A DNA stretch of 64,000 nucleotides, taken from assembly GCA_947471365.1 (NCBI GenBank), contig CANIWQ010000003.1:705-64704 (forward strand), given 5' to 3'. This stretch comes from Gemmatimonadota bacterium (GTDB taxonomy: Bacteria > Gemmatimonadota > Gemmatimonadetes > Gemmatimonadales > Gemmatimonadaceae). The notes beneath the pieces are model-generated. The model was not told the DNA's origin and searched no databases. It saw only the letters and a list, made by a program, of their open reading frames with translations. The translations under genes were made by a program, and so were the position numbers. Shown piece after piece: positions 44,257-54,121 of the stretch. Positions within the stretch are counted from its first letter, which is position 1. The number at the start of each line of letters is the position of its first letter.

Positions 44257-44386
44257 GTCAGCACGGCGCCTCCCCGCAGACGCGGGTCGGAGTTTACCCC
44301 GCTTCGTTGTCGGGTGCTTCCTGCTGGCGCCGCCTGATGCGCGCGGTGATTCTCACAGGGTGATAACCAATACCCCTGTGTCGCCT

Positions 44387-45472
44387 ATGACTCCCGCCGA
44401 GCGTGTGCGGGGATTGCGCGTGCTCATCGGCAACACGCCGTTGCTCGCCATCGACTATCAAATCGACAACGGAACTCCGGCGCGCCTCTACGCCAAGGCT
44501 GAGAACCTCAATTTCACCGGCTCGATTAAAGACCGGATGGCGTTGCACATTCTCCGCTGCGGCTACGATTCAGGCGCCCTGACACCGGGCGCGTTGATTA
44601 TTGAGGCGACCAGCGGCAACACGGGAATTTCGTTTGCCGCCGTGGGGCGCGCACTCGGCCACCCCGTGGTCATTTACATGCCGGACTGGATGAGTGACGA
44701 GCGCAAAATGCTCATTCGTTCGTTCGGGGCTGAAGTGCGGCTTGTGTCGAAGGCCGAGGGCGGATTTCTCGGTTCCATTCGACTTGCCGAGGAGCTCGCC
44801 GCGCGCACGCCCGGGACGTTCTTGCCTCGTCAATTCGCCAACGAACTCAACTCTGAAGCGCATGTGCTGAGCACGGGCCCCGAGATTCTCTCCCAGCTCC
44901 GCTCCATGGGACTCTCGCCGTCGGCGTTCGTGGCGGGCGTGGGCACTGGGGGCACGATCATGGGCACGGGGCGAGCGCTGCGGGCCATGCATCCGGCGGT
45001 TCGCATCCATCCCGTGGAGCCGGCCAACTCACCGACGCTCAGTACCGGCCACAAAATCGGCAAGCACCGCATTCAAGGGATCAGCGACGAGTTCATTCCG
45101 CCGATTGTGCATCTCGCGGAGCTGGACCGCGTGGTGGCCGTGGATGATGGCGACGCGATTCTCATGGCGCAGCAACTCGCCGCGCACCTGGGACTCGGAG
45201 TCGGCATTTCAAGCGGAGCGAATTTTCTTGCGGCCATCAGCATCCGCGAAGAACTTGGCTCGAACGCCGTCGTGGTGACGGTGTTTTCCGACTCGAACAA
45301 GAAATATTTGAGTACCGACCTCATGCGTGAGGAGCCCGTGCTCCCCACACACCGCGCGCCGCACGTCCGCCTGCTGGGCGTGCGAGCCTTCAACCGTGTG
45401 TGCGACAGCTGTGTCGATCCCACGGACCCGAGCTCCACGCCCGCGGGATTTTACACGATGCGCCGCCGCTAG
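44387..45472 (+). CDS. cysK: cysteine synthase family PLP enzyme with a C-terminal extension
   Basis: NFTGSIKDR (PLP Lys), SGNTGI and GVGTGGTI. A ~48-aa tail follows KKYLSTDLM and contains CDSC. Confidence 0.85.
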   Translation: MTPAERVRGLRVLIGNTPLLAIDYQIDNGTPARLYAKAENLNFTGSIKDRMALHILRCGYDSGALTPGALIIEATSGNTGISFAAVGRALGHPVVIYMPDWMSDERKMLIRSFGAEVRLVSKAEGGFLGSIRLAEELAARTPGTFLPRQFANELNSEAHVLSTGPEILSQLRSMGLSPSAFVAGVGTGGTIMGTGRALRAMHPAVRIHPVEPANSPTLSTGHKIGKHRIQGISDEFIPPIVHLAELDRVVAVDDGDAILMAQQLAAHLGLGVGISSGANFLAAISIREELGSNAVVVTVFSDSNKKYLSTDLMREEPVLPTHRAPHVRLLGVRAFNRVCDSCVDPTDPSSTPAGFYTMRRR

Positions 45473-45501
45473 TAGCGCTCGCAGCGGCGCTCGTTGCGCC
45501 C

Positions 45502-48012
45502 TTAGAGCACTAGGCTGAGGAGACGCCCCGGCACATAAATCACCTTCTTCGGTGTGCCGGTTATGAACTTCACAATGGACGGATCGGCGTGAACGGCGGC
45601 GAGCACCGCCTCTTGCGTCGCGTCCTTGGGGAGCACGACGCTCCCGCGCGTCTTGCCGCCAATCTGCACCGCGATGGTCATCGTCTCGCCACCGGCGAGC
45701 GCGGCGTCGAACGACGGCCATCCCGAGTCGAACACGCTGACGTCGTGACCGAGCACTTCCCACAGTTCCTCGGCGATGTGCGGCGCGAACGGTGACACGA
45801 GCTGCACGAGCGGCTCCACTTCGCCACGGTGTGGCACGCGTTCACTGCGCCGAAGGACGTTCATGTACTCCATCATCGCGGCGATGGCCGTGTTGTAGCT
45901 GAGGCGCGGCACATCCTCGCCCACCTTCTTGATGGTCTGATGCAGTTTTTGCAGTACGTCGCGATCCGGCTCGCCCTCGGTGCGCGCGGCGTGCACGGAG
46001 GTCCAGAGGCGGTCAAGGAAGCGCTTCACGCCACTGATGCCCGCGTCGCGGAAATCACCCCCTTCCTCGAAGGGGCCGAGGAACATCAGGTAGGTGCGGA
46101 AGGTGTCGGCGCCCCACCCGTCGATATAGTCATCGGGATTGACGACGTTGCCTTTGGACTTCGACATCTTGGCGCCGTCGCGAATGATCAGCCCGTGGGC
46201 GCGGAACTTGGTAAAGGGTTCCTCGAACGCGAGATGTCCTTCGTCGTGGAGCACCATCGTAAGAAAGCGCGAATACAGCAGGTGCAACACGGCGTGTTCA
46301 TTGCCGCCGATGTACGAACTGACGGGCAGCCACTTCCGCGTGATGGTTGGGTCGAATGCCACAGTGTCGAGGCCGACGCTTGGATAGCGCAGGAAGTACC
46401 AACCGCTGTCGAGGAAGGTGTCGCTCACGTCGGTTTCACGGCGCGCTTGTTTGCCGCACGTGGGGCACGGCACGCGATACCACTCCTCGTGGCGCGCCAG
46501 CGGCGAGATGCCGGAGTCATCGGGGCGATAATCCGCGATGTTGGGAAGGATCACGGGCAGATCCTTCTCGGGCACGGGCACCGTGCCGCACGCATCGCAG
46601 TAGATGATTGGGATCGGCGGGCCCCAGTACCGCTGGCGCGAGATGCACCAATCGTGCAGGCGGAAGTTGACGACGCCCTTGCCAGCGTGACGCGACTCAA
46701 GCCACGCCGTCACCTGCCGTTTGGCTTCGTCCACGGGGAACCCATCGAACTCCCCGCTGTTGCAGAGACGCGCGGCGTCATCGGCTTCGGTGTACGCCTC
46801 GTCGAGCGGCGTGTGCGCCGTGTGATCGGGGCCCGCCACCACGCGCACAATTGGCAACGCGAACTTGGCCGCAAACTCAAAGTCGCGTTCGTCGTGCCCG
46901 GGCACAGCCATGATCGCGCCCGTGCCGTAGTCCATGAGCACATAGTCGGCGGTCCAGACGGGAATCATGGCGCCCGTGGCCGGATTCGTCGCGTACGCGC
47001 CGGTGAAGACGCCGGTTTTTTCTTTATTGGTCTTGCGCGCCACCACGTCCTGGCGCGACGCGCGGTCGCGATAGGCCGCCATCGCGGCGCGCTGGTCACT
47101 CGTGGTGATGTCGTCGAGCATCGGATGCTCGGGTGCGAGCACCAAGTACGTGGCGCCAAAAATCGTGTCGGGCCGCGTCGTGAAGACGCGGATTTCCTGC
47201 ACGCCCGTTGCGAACTCCGCCGTCACGTGCACGGCGGCGCTGCCCGCATCCTCTGGCGCGTTGAGCACGCGAAAGCGTAGCTCGGCGCCGTCGGAGCGGC
47301 CGATCCAGCCGCGCTGCGCCATCTTGGTGGTGTTCGACCAGTCGAGCCCGTCGAGGTTATTGAGCAGCCGCTCGGCGTAGTCCGTAATCCGGAAGAACCA
47401 CTGTTCGAGAAAGCGCTGCTCCACGGCGGAGCCGCACCGTTCGCAGGTGCCGCCTTCGACCTGTTCGTTGGCGAGCACGGTCTTACAGCTCGGGCACCAG
47501 TTGACGGCCGCTTTTTTCTTGTAGGCCAGTCCGCGCTTGTGCAGCTGCAGAAAGACCCACTGGGTCCACTTGTAGTAGTCTGGCTGGGTGGTGTCGACGG
47601 TGCGCGTCCAGTCCACCATGAGGCCGGCGCGGGTGAGCTGGCTCGTGAAGTTCGCGATGTTCTTCGGAATGAGCTCCATGGGGTGCGACCCCACCTTGAG
47701 CGCGTAGTTTTCCGAGTGAATACCGAACGCATCAAAGCCGATCGGCTCAAACACGTCGTACCCTTGTAGCCGCTGGAAGCGCGCGAAGATATCATTCCCA
47801 GTGAACGCAAACAAATTCCCGACGTGCAGTCCCTCCGCGGAGGGGTACGGGAACATCATCAGCGCGTAATAAGGCCGGCGCGCGTCGCCGATGGCGGCAA
47901 CGTTGGCGCGGCGCGTGGCCCAGCGGTCACGCCACTTCAGCTCGACGGCGGCGGGCATATAGCCCGCCGGTTCGCCGGTGGGCTCGGCCGGGATGGAAAC
48001 GATGTCGGTCAT
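45502..48012 (-). CDS. leuS: leucine--tRNA ligase
   Basis: HIGH-type motif (GLHVGNLFAF) and KMSKS (KMSKSKGN); length fits LeuS. An alternative ATG at 47958 (MPAAVELKWRDRW) is plausible. Confidence 0.95.
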   Translation of the reverse strand: MTDIVSIPAEPTGEPAGYMPAAVELKWRDRWATRRANVAAIGDARRPYYALMMFPYPSAEGLHVGNLFAFTGNDIFARFQRLQGYDVFEPIGFDAFGIHSENYALKVGSHPMELIPKNIANFTSQLTRAGLMVDWTRTVDTTQPDYYKWTQWVFLQLHKRGLAYKKKAAVNWCPSCKTVLANEQVEGGTCERCGSAVEQRFLEQWFFRITDYAERLLNNLDGLDWSNTTKMAQRGWIGRSDGAELRFRVLNAPEDAGSAAVHVTAEFATGVQEIRVFTTRPDTIFGATYLVLAPEHPMLDDITTSDQRAAMAAYRDRASRQDVVARKTNKEKTGVFTGAYATNPATGAMIPVWTADYVLMDYGTGAIMAVPGHDERDFEFAAKFALPIVRVVAGPDHTAHTPLDEAYTEADDAARLCNSGEFDGFPVDEAKRQVTAWLESRHAGKGVVNFRLHDWCISRQRYWGPPIPIIYCDACGTVPVPEKDLPVILPNIADYRPDDSGISPLARHEEWYRVPCPTCGKQARRETDVSDTFLDSGWYFLRYPSVGLDTVAFDPTITRKWLPVSSYIGGNEHAVLHLLYSRFLTMVLHDEGHLAFEEPFTKFRAHGLIIRDGAKMSKSKGNVVNPDDYIDGWGADTFRTYLMFLGPFEEGGDFRDAGISGVKRFLDRLWTSVHAARTEGEPDRDVLQKLHQTIKKVGEDVPRLSYNTAIAAMMEYMNVLRRSERVPHRGEVEPLVQLVSPFAPHIAEELWEVLGHDVSVFDSGWPSFDAALAGGETMTIAVQIGGKTRGSVVLPKDATQEAVLAAVHADPSIVKFITGTPKKVIYVPGRLLSLVL

Positions 48013-48025
48013 GTCGGGTGCCGGA

Positions 48026-49390
48026 ATGAGCGAGACGAGAAACCTCAATTTAGCGTCACCGTCGGCTGTAACAAACTTCGGCCCCCCGGAATCTCGTCCG
48101 GACGCCGGCGGTCATGGCACGCACATCATCGACCGGCTGGCCACTTGGCTGGGGACGGGCTCGGCGGCGGTCTTCCTCGGGATCGTTTGGTTTGGCCGCG
48201 ACGCCCTCGCCCATCTGCTCCACGGCTCGGAGGCGTGGCTCCTGCTGGGCCTCGCTGCGGCCCTGGTGGTGCAGTCGGGCGCCCTGATTTTCCGGTTCCT
48301 GATCTCCCCCATGGTCGGGCGCGAGCTCGGAAAGCTGGCAGATGCGGCCGAGGCCGTGGCGGCTGGGGATCTCACCAAACAGCCGGAATTGGTGCACGCC
48401 GGGGGGCAAATGGGGCGCCTTGCCCGGGCGCTGGGCCAGATGACCGCGGAGCTCCGAGAGCTGTCCGGCCTGCTACGCGAGTCCGCAGACGAGACCAATC
48501 GCCTGTCTGAGGAGATCACGAGCGGTACGGAGCATATGGCGCAGGCCGCCTCTGGGATTGCGGGCACCGCGGCCACGCTGAGCGACCAAGCGAGCTCTAT
48601 GGCGGCCGCCGTGCAGCAGCTGAGTGGGGATGCCACCCGTCTCACCGCGATGGCCTCAGCGGTGACCACAGGCGCCCAAGATGGCATTTCCCGAAACCAA
48701 CGGCTACGCCTCCTCGCCAGTGAAAACCACGCGCGCCTCGACGAGAGCGCCCAGCGCCTCGAAGAGCTCGCCGTGGATGTGCGCGACGGGGCGCAGGCCA
48801 CCGAGGCGCTTGCGAGGGCCACGGAGCAGATTCGGGAGTTTGTCACCCTCGTGCAGAAGATCGCCCGCCAGTCGAAGCTCCTCGCGCTCAACGCCGCGAT
48901 GGAAGCCGCACGAGCCGGCGAGCACGGCGAGGGGTTCGCGGTCGTCGCCACGGAGGTCCGCCGGCTGGCGGCCTCCGCGTCGGAGGCTGCGTCGCAGACC
49001 GATGTGCTGGTGAAGGAAGTGCTCGGTCATATGCAGGCGGCCCGCGCGATCACCACCAGAACAACCACGGCGGTGGATTCCGTGCAGGCCGCGACCGAGC
49101 ATGGCCGCACCTCGTTTACCCAGGTCGAGGCGGCGGTGGCCGAAGCCGAGGCGTGGACAACGACGATGGCAGAAACAGCCGGTGCCGGTAGTGCGCTCGC
49201 CAATGACGTCACCCAACGACTGGACACGTTGACCGCCGGCACGCAGGCCTTTGCCAATGCCATGCAGGATGTGGCCGCCGCCAGCGAGGAGCAAAGCGCC
49301 AGTACTGAACAGATTGCCGCTGCCGCGAGTCATCTTACACAGGCGGCCGAGCGAGTGACGCAGGCAGCGCAGGCCTTTCGCGCCACCTGA
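48026..49390 (+). CDS. methyl-accepting chemotaxis protein
   Basis: Two TMs, a HAMP domain (AEAVAAGDLTKQPE) and the signalling hairpin LALNAAMEAARAGEHGEGFAVVATEVRRLA. Start uncertain (in-frame ATGs at 47978-48026). Confidence 0.85.
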   Translation: MSETRNLNLASPSAVTNFGPPESRPDAGGHGTHIIDRLATWLGTGSAAVFLGIVWFGRDALAHLLHGSEAWLLLGLAAALVVQSGALIFRFLISPMVGRELGKLADAAEAVAAGDLTKQPELVHAGGQMGRLARALGQMTAELRELSGLLRESADETNRLSEEITSGTEHMAQAASGIAGTAATLSDQASSMAAAVQQLSGDATRLTAMASAVTTGAQDGISRNQRLRLLASENHARLDESAQRLEELAVDVRDGAQATEALARATEQIREFVTLVQKIARQSKLLALNAAMEAARAGEHGEGFAVVATEVRRLAASASEAASQTDVLVKEVLGHMQAARAITTRTTTAVDSVQAATEHGRTSFTQVEAAVAEAEAWTTTMAETAGAGSALANDVTQRLDTLTAGTQAFANAMQDVAAASEEQSASTEQIAAAASHLTQAAERVTQAAQAFRAT

Positions 49391-49410
49391 TCGGAACTCC
49401 CTCTCCCACG

Positions 49411-51309
49411 ATGGCCGACCCCTTCGATTTCGACTCAAATCTTCGCGCTGCCGTAGAAGGCGCGTATGTGCTCGAGCGCGAGCTCTTGGGCGGCGGGATG
49501 AGCCGCGTCTTTCTTGCGGTGGAGCGGTCGCTCAATCGCAAAGTGGTCATCAAGGTGCTCCCGCCTGAACTCGCGGCGGGAGTGAATCGCGAGCGATTCC
49601 GTCGCGAGATCCAGATGGCGGCGCAGTTGCAGCATCCGCACATCGTTCCGCTGTATAGCGCCGGCGAGCACGGCGAATTGTTGTTTTACACAATGCCCTT
49701 CATTGAGGGTGAGTCGCTCAAGCACGCTATTGAGAACGGCGCTACGTTCACGCCGCGTGCGGTGGCTGGCATTCTGCACGATGTGGTGGACGCGCTCGCC
49801 TACGCGCATGCGCGCGGGGTGATTCACCGCGACATCAAGCCCGGGAATGTGTTGCGCAGCGGCGTGCACGCGGTAGTGACCGACTTTGGCGTGGCCAAGG
49901 CTATCACGGCGTCGCTCCCGGCCGCTGGCGTGACCACCAGCGGCATGGCCATCGGAACGCCGGCGTACATGGCGCCCGAACAGTTGGCCGGCGATCCCGC
50001 GGCGGACCATCGAGTAGACCTGTACGCGGTGGGGCTACTCGCGTACGAATTACTCACTGGCGTGGCTCCATTTACCGGCGCATCTCCTCAGGCCACGATG
50101 GCCGCGCAACTCACGCAGGAGCCGGCGCCGATTGAGTCCAAGCGTCAGGATGTGCCGCCGGCGATGCTCTCGCTCATCACACGCTGCCTCGCCAAAGCGC
50201 CGGAAGCGCGACCACAAAGCGCCACCCTCCTGCTCGCGGAACTCGAAGCGATTGTACTCTCGTCGGGTGATTTCCCTCCGGCCATCGCTCCGCGCGGGAA
50301 CTCGCGCGTTGTTGCGATGACCGCCACTGCGTTCGTGATTGTGGCGGGCGCGCTGTACGCCTGGCGCTCAACCACGACTGTGACGCGGGACGCCACCGCA
50401 GCGGCCGCCGATGCGCCGAAGCTCATTGAAGTAGCGCCGGTGGCACCGGGTATGGGGCGCGCGTTAATTACGCGCGAGGATTCGTTTGCGATTGCCGCCC
50501 AGATTGAGAAGCGCACGGGACGTCGCGCCACCACGCCTGCGCCACAGCCCGCTCTCACGGCGGCAGAAATTGCTCGCATGGTGGACTCGCTCTACAACGA
50601 GCGCGAGTCGAAACGTCTCGATTCACTCCAGCGCAGCGCGCGCCAGGTGACCGAGGCCGATCCGATGCGCGCCATTCGCAGTCAGCGGGCTATCATCCCC
50701 GCCGAGTCGGTGGGTTTTTGGGCGCGACAGGGCAGCACCGCGCACGGCCCCGACTCACTCCTGCGTTCGCCCAGCGTCGGCGGAGGCCGCACGAATGATC
50801 GCGGACGTTCAGGTGGCGCGCCGACGCGCCGGCGACTCGTGATTACTGAACTCATGAGCGACGCCAAACACCCGGACTGGGCCGTCGCACAACACGCGGT
50901 GGTCGACACACTCCGAAAGTTTTTTGCGCGCGTTCGGCCGTATTCGCTCGTCCCCGCCGATTCCGTCACCTGGGCGCTCGCGCAGTCGCGCACCGCGGAG
51001 CGAGTGGGGGAAATGCTGCACGCCGAGCTATTCGCCTCGGTGGGTGTGCGACCGGCGGGAAAGGATTCGGTGAGCTTCGTGGTGATTTTGCGCGACCTCG
51101 GCTCGGTGAGTCGGCAAACGTCGGCGACGATGCCCGCCGTCCCGATCGCGCTACCGCTCGAGCGGATTGATCGGCTTCTGGCATCGGTATTCGGCGAACT
51201 CCGTGCCATCGACCATTCGCCGCGAATTACCGACGCATCGCCCGCCGCGACTGCACCGCCGTTGGTACCCACCACACCGACGCCGGCACCGGCCGCCAAG
51301 AAACCATGA
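49411..51309 (+). CDS. serine/threonine protein kinase with TM and extracytoplasmic domain
   Basis: VVIKVL, HRDIKPGN, DFGVAK and YMAPEQ. TM at VVAMTATAFVIVAGALYAW. Pro-rich C-terminus. Confidence 0.9.
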   Translation: MADPFDFDSNLRAAVEGAYVLERELLGGGMSRVFLAVERSLNRKVVIKVLPPELAAGVNRERFRREIQMAAQLQHPHIVPLYSAGEHGELLFYTMPFIEGESLKHAIENGATFTPRAVAGILHDVVDALAYAHARGVIHRDIKPGNVLRSGVHAVVTDFGVAKAITASLPAAGVTTSGMAIGTPAYMAPEQLAGDPAADHRVDLYAVGLLAYELLTGVAPFTGASPQATMAAQLTQEPAPIESKRQDVPPAMLSLITRCLAKAPEARPQSATLLLAELEAIVLSSGDFPPAIAPRGNSRVVAMTATAFVIVAGALYAWRSTTTVTRDATAAAADAPKLIEVAPVAPGMGRALITREDSFAIAAQIEKRTGRRATTPAPQPALTAAEIARMVDSLYNERESKRLDSLQRSARQVTEADPMRAIRSQRAIIPAESVGFWARQGSTAHGPDSLLRSPSVGGGRTNDRGRSGGAPTRRRLVITELMSDAKHPDWAVAQHAVVDTLRKFFARVRPYSLVPADSVTWALAQSRTAERVGEMLHAELFASVGVRPAGKDSVSFVVILRDLGSVSRQTSATMPAVPIALPLERIDRLLASVFGELRAIDHSPRITDASPAATAPPLVPTTPTPAPAAKKP

Positions 51310-53078
51310 TCCGGCGACCGTGGTGGGCGCTCTTGTGGTTGTTCTTCGGAACAGCACACACGGTGCACGCGCAAGAGTTCATCCGGCAGTCGTTTTTTGT
51401 TGCCCCGTTTCTGGGAAGCGACAACGCCACCATCGATGCCGCCCGAAAAATCAGCACGGCGGTGCGATCGCAAATGCAGCGCGCCTCCTCCACACGCACA
51501 CTCGACGTCATTGACGGCGACGCGCTGTACTACGCGCTCAAACGGTCTGGATACGACGAAGAGATGCCGTTGCACCACCTCGAGATTCGCGTGCTCGCGC
51601 GCGAACTGCGCACCGACGAGATCTTGATTGCCGAGGTCAGCAAAGAGAAAGACGAGTTCGTCGTGCGTGCGTCCATTGTGCTCGCGCGCGACTGGCGACT
51701 CCGCGAACCGCTCCCCGTCGTGCGCGCTGCGCGCGTGGACGCGGCCGCACAAGCCCTCGTGAAATTCGTGCTGGCTGCGCGGGCCGAGATGGCTCCGATT
51801 CGCCGCTGCGAGAACGCCCGACGCGAAGGACACTTCGTCGCGGCGGCCGCAGCAGCGGCCGAAGCAATTCGTGCATATCCCGGCGCATTGAGTCGTAGCT
51901 GCCTGCTCGTCTCGCTCACGTACCAACCGACGCCCGCCGATTCCTTGCGGCGCGTCGCCGAGGCCGTGCTCGCGGTGGACAGCCTGAGTGTGCTCGCCGC
52001 CGTCGAACGCGCCGAAGCGCTGATCACGCTCTCCAAGAACGCGGAGGCGATTGCCGCGTGGCAGCGGGCCATTCGCATTGCCCCCGACAGCGTGGACATC
52101 GGACTGCGCGCCATCGATGCGATGTTGCGCCTGCGCGAATACGAAGCCGCCCTCACGCAGAGTCGCGAGCTCACACGGCACCACGCGACAACGCTGTCCT
52201 TTCCACGACTCACCTTCCGGACGCTCATCGCGCTCGCGCGGTGGCAAGAGGCGGCGCACCTAGGCGATTCGCTCACGGTAGCGGACACTGCCTTTGCGCA
52301 CGACTCCACGTATACCGTCCGCCATATCGAAGCCCTGCGACTGAGTGGCGACACACTCGGCGCGCTCGCGTCGAGCACCGGCGCTATTCGTCGGCATCCC
52401 AGCGATGCGCGGCTGTACCTGCAATACCTGCAACTCATCAATGGCGAGGCCGGCACCGCGCTCGCGCGTGGTCTCGCGCGCTTTCCGGATTCCCCAGAGC
52501 TCTACGTGATGCAGATGCGCGAGGCACGCGCCTCGGGACATCGGCGCGAGGCAATCACCGCTGCTGAAGCCGCACTCCGACGCGACCCCACCCTCCTGCC
52601 GATGTACTTGCAGGTCGCCGACCTGTGGCTCGACGAACTACAGCCCGACAGCGCGTTTGACGCACTGGCTCGCGCACCGCGGGAGGGCGCGGCCGCCTCC
52701 GCAGCCCTGCGCAGTTACGCTCTCAGCCGCGGCACCAAGCTGCTACGCTCTGCGGCCGACACGTCATTGACGTTGGTGCGCGCGGCGATGCCCTTTCTCA
52801 CCCTGGCCGACACGCTTGAGAGTGGTGACGACTCCCGCGCGATGCGCACCGCCGCGAGCCTCCAACTCTCACGCGGTGAGCTGATTGCCGCGGGACGCAA
52901 CCGCACCTGCCCCGAAGCGCGGCGTGCCGACGACGCACTGAGCGACGGACGCGTCGCGCTCGAGCGCGGCATCAATGCCGCGGCCAGCGGCGCGCAGTTA
53001 AGAGAGAGCTATGACGCGATGCGCGCGGCGGTCGATGCCGCGGTCCGCACCTACTGCAAAGCTGCCGGTGCGCCCTAG
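51306..53078 (+). CDS. secreted TPR-repeat protein
   Basis: ATGA overlap with the kinase gene. Signal peptide, an N-terminal module similar to the kinase ectodomain, and Ala/Leu/Arg-rich TPR-like helices. Confidence 0.7.
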   Translation: MIRRPWWALLWLFFGTAHTVHAQEFIRQSFFVAPFLGSDNATIDAARKISTAVRSQMQRASSTRTLDVIDGDALYYALKRSGYDEEMPLHHLEIRVLARELRTDEILIAEVSKEKDEFVVRASIVLARDWRLREPLPVVRAARVDAAAQALVKFVLAARAEMAPIRRCENARREGHFVAAAAAAAEAIRAYPGALSRSCLLVSLTYQPTPADSLRRVAEAVLAVDSLSVLAAVERAEALITLSKNAEAIAAWQRAIRIAPDSVDIGLRAIDAMLRLREYEAALTQSRELTRHHATTLSFPRLTFRTLIALARWQEAAHLGDSLTVADTAFAHDSTYTVRHIEALRLSGDTLGALASSTGAIRRHPSDARLYLQYLQLINGEAGTALARGLARFPDSPELYVMQMREARASGHRREAITAAEAALRRDPTLLPMYLQVADLWLDELQPDSAFDALARAPREGAAASAALRSYALSRGTKLLRSAADTSLTLVRAAMPFLTLADTLESGDDSRAMRTAASLQLSRGELIAAGRNRTCPEARRADDALSDGRVALERGINAAASGAQLRESYDAMRAAVDAAVRTYCKAAGAP

Positions 53079-54121
53079 GAAACGCGCACGCGGTCGCGGA
53101 GCGATTGCACCGACGGCGGATCACCCATCGCGATGAGCCGCGTGCCCGGTGCGACCACGACATCAGCCGACGGATTGAACTGATAGGCGCCCGACGGATC
53201 GCGCGTCGCGAGGAGCAACAGTCCGGTGCCGCCCTCGTGCAATCGGAGCGACTCCAACGAAACGCCGACAACCGGACTGCCGTTCGGCACGAGCACTTCT
53301 TCGATGCGCAGATTCCGGTTGGTATCGCGCAACATCTGATCGAGAAAGCCTACGACCGTTGGGCGCAACAACTCGCTCGCCAATCGCATGCCGCCAATCT
53401 GCGCCGGCGACACCACGGCGTCGGCGCCGGCCTGACGCAATCGCGTGCCCACCCGCTCCGACGTCGCGCGCGCCACAATACGCAACGTGGGGTTGAGTTG
53501 CCGCGCGAGCACCGTCGTCACGAGCACATTTTTGTCGTCGTCGGTGCACACGACAATCCCCGCCGCGCGCGACACGCCGGCTTTTGCGAGCGTTTCGTCG
53601 TCTGCGCAATCCCCGTGGAGCTGCAACACGTCGGGCATGTCGGCTTCGATGGTCTGCAAGTGCGCGTGATTGTGCTCGATCACCACGCAGCGCTGCCCGG
53701 TGCTGCGGAGTTCGCGCAGGACGGCGGTGCCGGTCTGCCCAGCACCGCACACCACATAATGCCCCGTCAGGGCGTCAATCTGCTTCTGCATGCGACGTCT
53801 CCGAAACCCGCGCGTCAAATCGCCTTCAACAATGAAGGCCGTGATGGTGGACAGTGTGTACACCGCCGCCGTAGCGCCAAACAAGATGTAGGCGGTCGTA
53901 AAAATTTCAGCGACGTGCGACTCCACCGGAATGACTTCGCGCAACCCCGTCGTGGTGAGGATGATCGCGGCCATAAAGACGGCGTCGAGCCAATCGTACT
54001 CCGGACCGCCAATCAAATGGTAGCCCACCACCCCAACGCCGAACGCGAACAACAGCAACAGCGCCGCGTTCCGCACGCGGCGTTGGAGCGTCAGGAATTC
54101 CGCTTCGTCCTTGATACTCAC
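53075..54121 (-). CDS. 2-TM ion channel with RCK/TrkA-N and TrkA-C domains
   Basis: Pore region ILTTTGLREVIP, Rossmann motif VVCGAGQTG and a C-terminal TrkA-C-like region. GTG 54121 overlaps the upstream stop (GTGA). The ORF is open to 54193. Confidence 0.8.
   Translation of the reverse strand: MSIKDEAEFLTLQRRVRNAALLLLFAFGVGVVGYHLIGGPEYDWLDAVFMAAIILTTTGLREVIPVESHVAEIFTTAYILFGATAAVYTLSTITAFIVEGDLTRGFRRRRMQKQIDALTGHYVVCGAGQTGTAVLRELRSTGQRCVVIEHNHAHLQTIEADMPDVLQLHGDCADDETLAKAGVSRAAGIVVCTDDDKNVLVTTVLARQLNPTLRIVARATSERVGTRLRQAGADAVVSPAQIGGMRLASELLRPTVVGFLDQMLRDTNRNLRIEEVLVPNGSPVVGVSLESLRLHEGGTGLLLLATRDPSGAYQFNPSADVVVAPGTRLIAMGDPPSVQSLRDRVRVS

Noticed and set aside
45829-47280. 483-aa ORF antisense to leuS
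   Set aside because: Same reasoning. leuS on the minus strand has HIGH and KMSKS motifs, and the antisense product is low-complexity.
50682-52259. 525-aa ORF antisense to the kinase and TPR genes
   Set aside because: It is a shadow ORF spanning a gene junction on the opposite strand, with an Arg-rich composition. The same applies to 19096-20289, 22794-23942, 28112-29236, 33918-35075, 34924-36057, 43036-44118, 53105-54235, 58131-59213 and 62239-63351.
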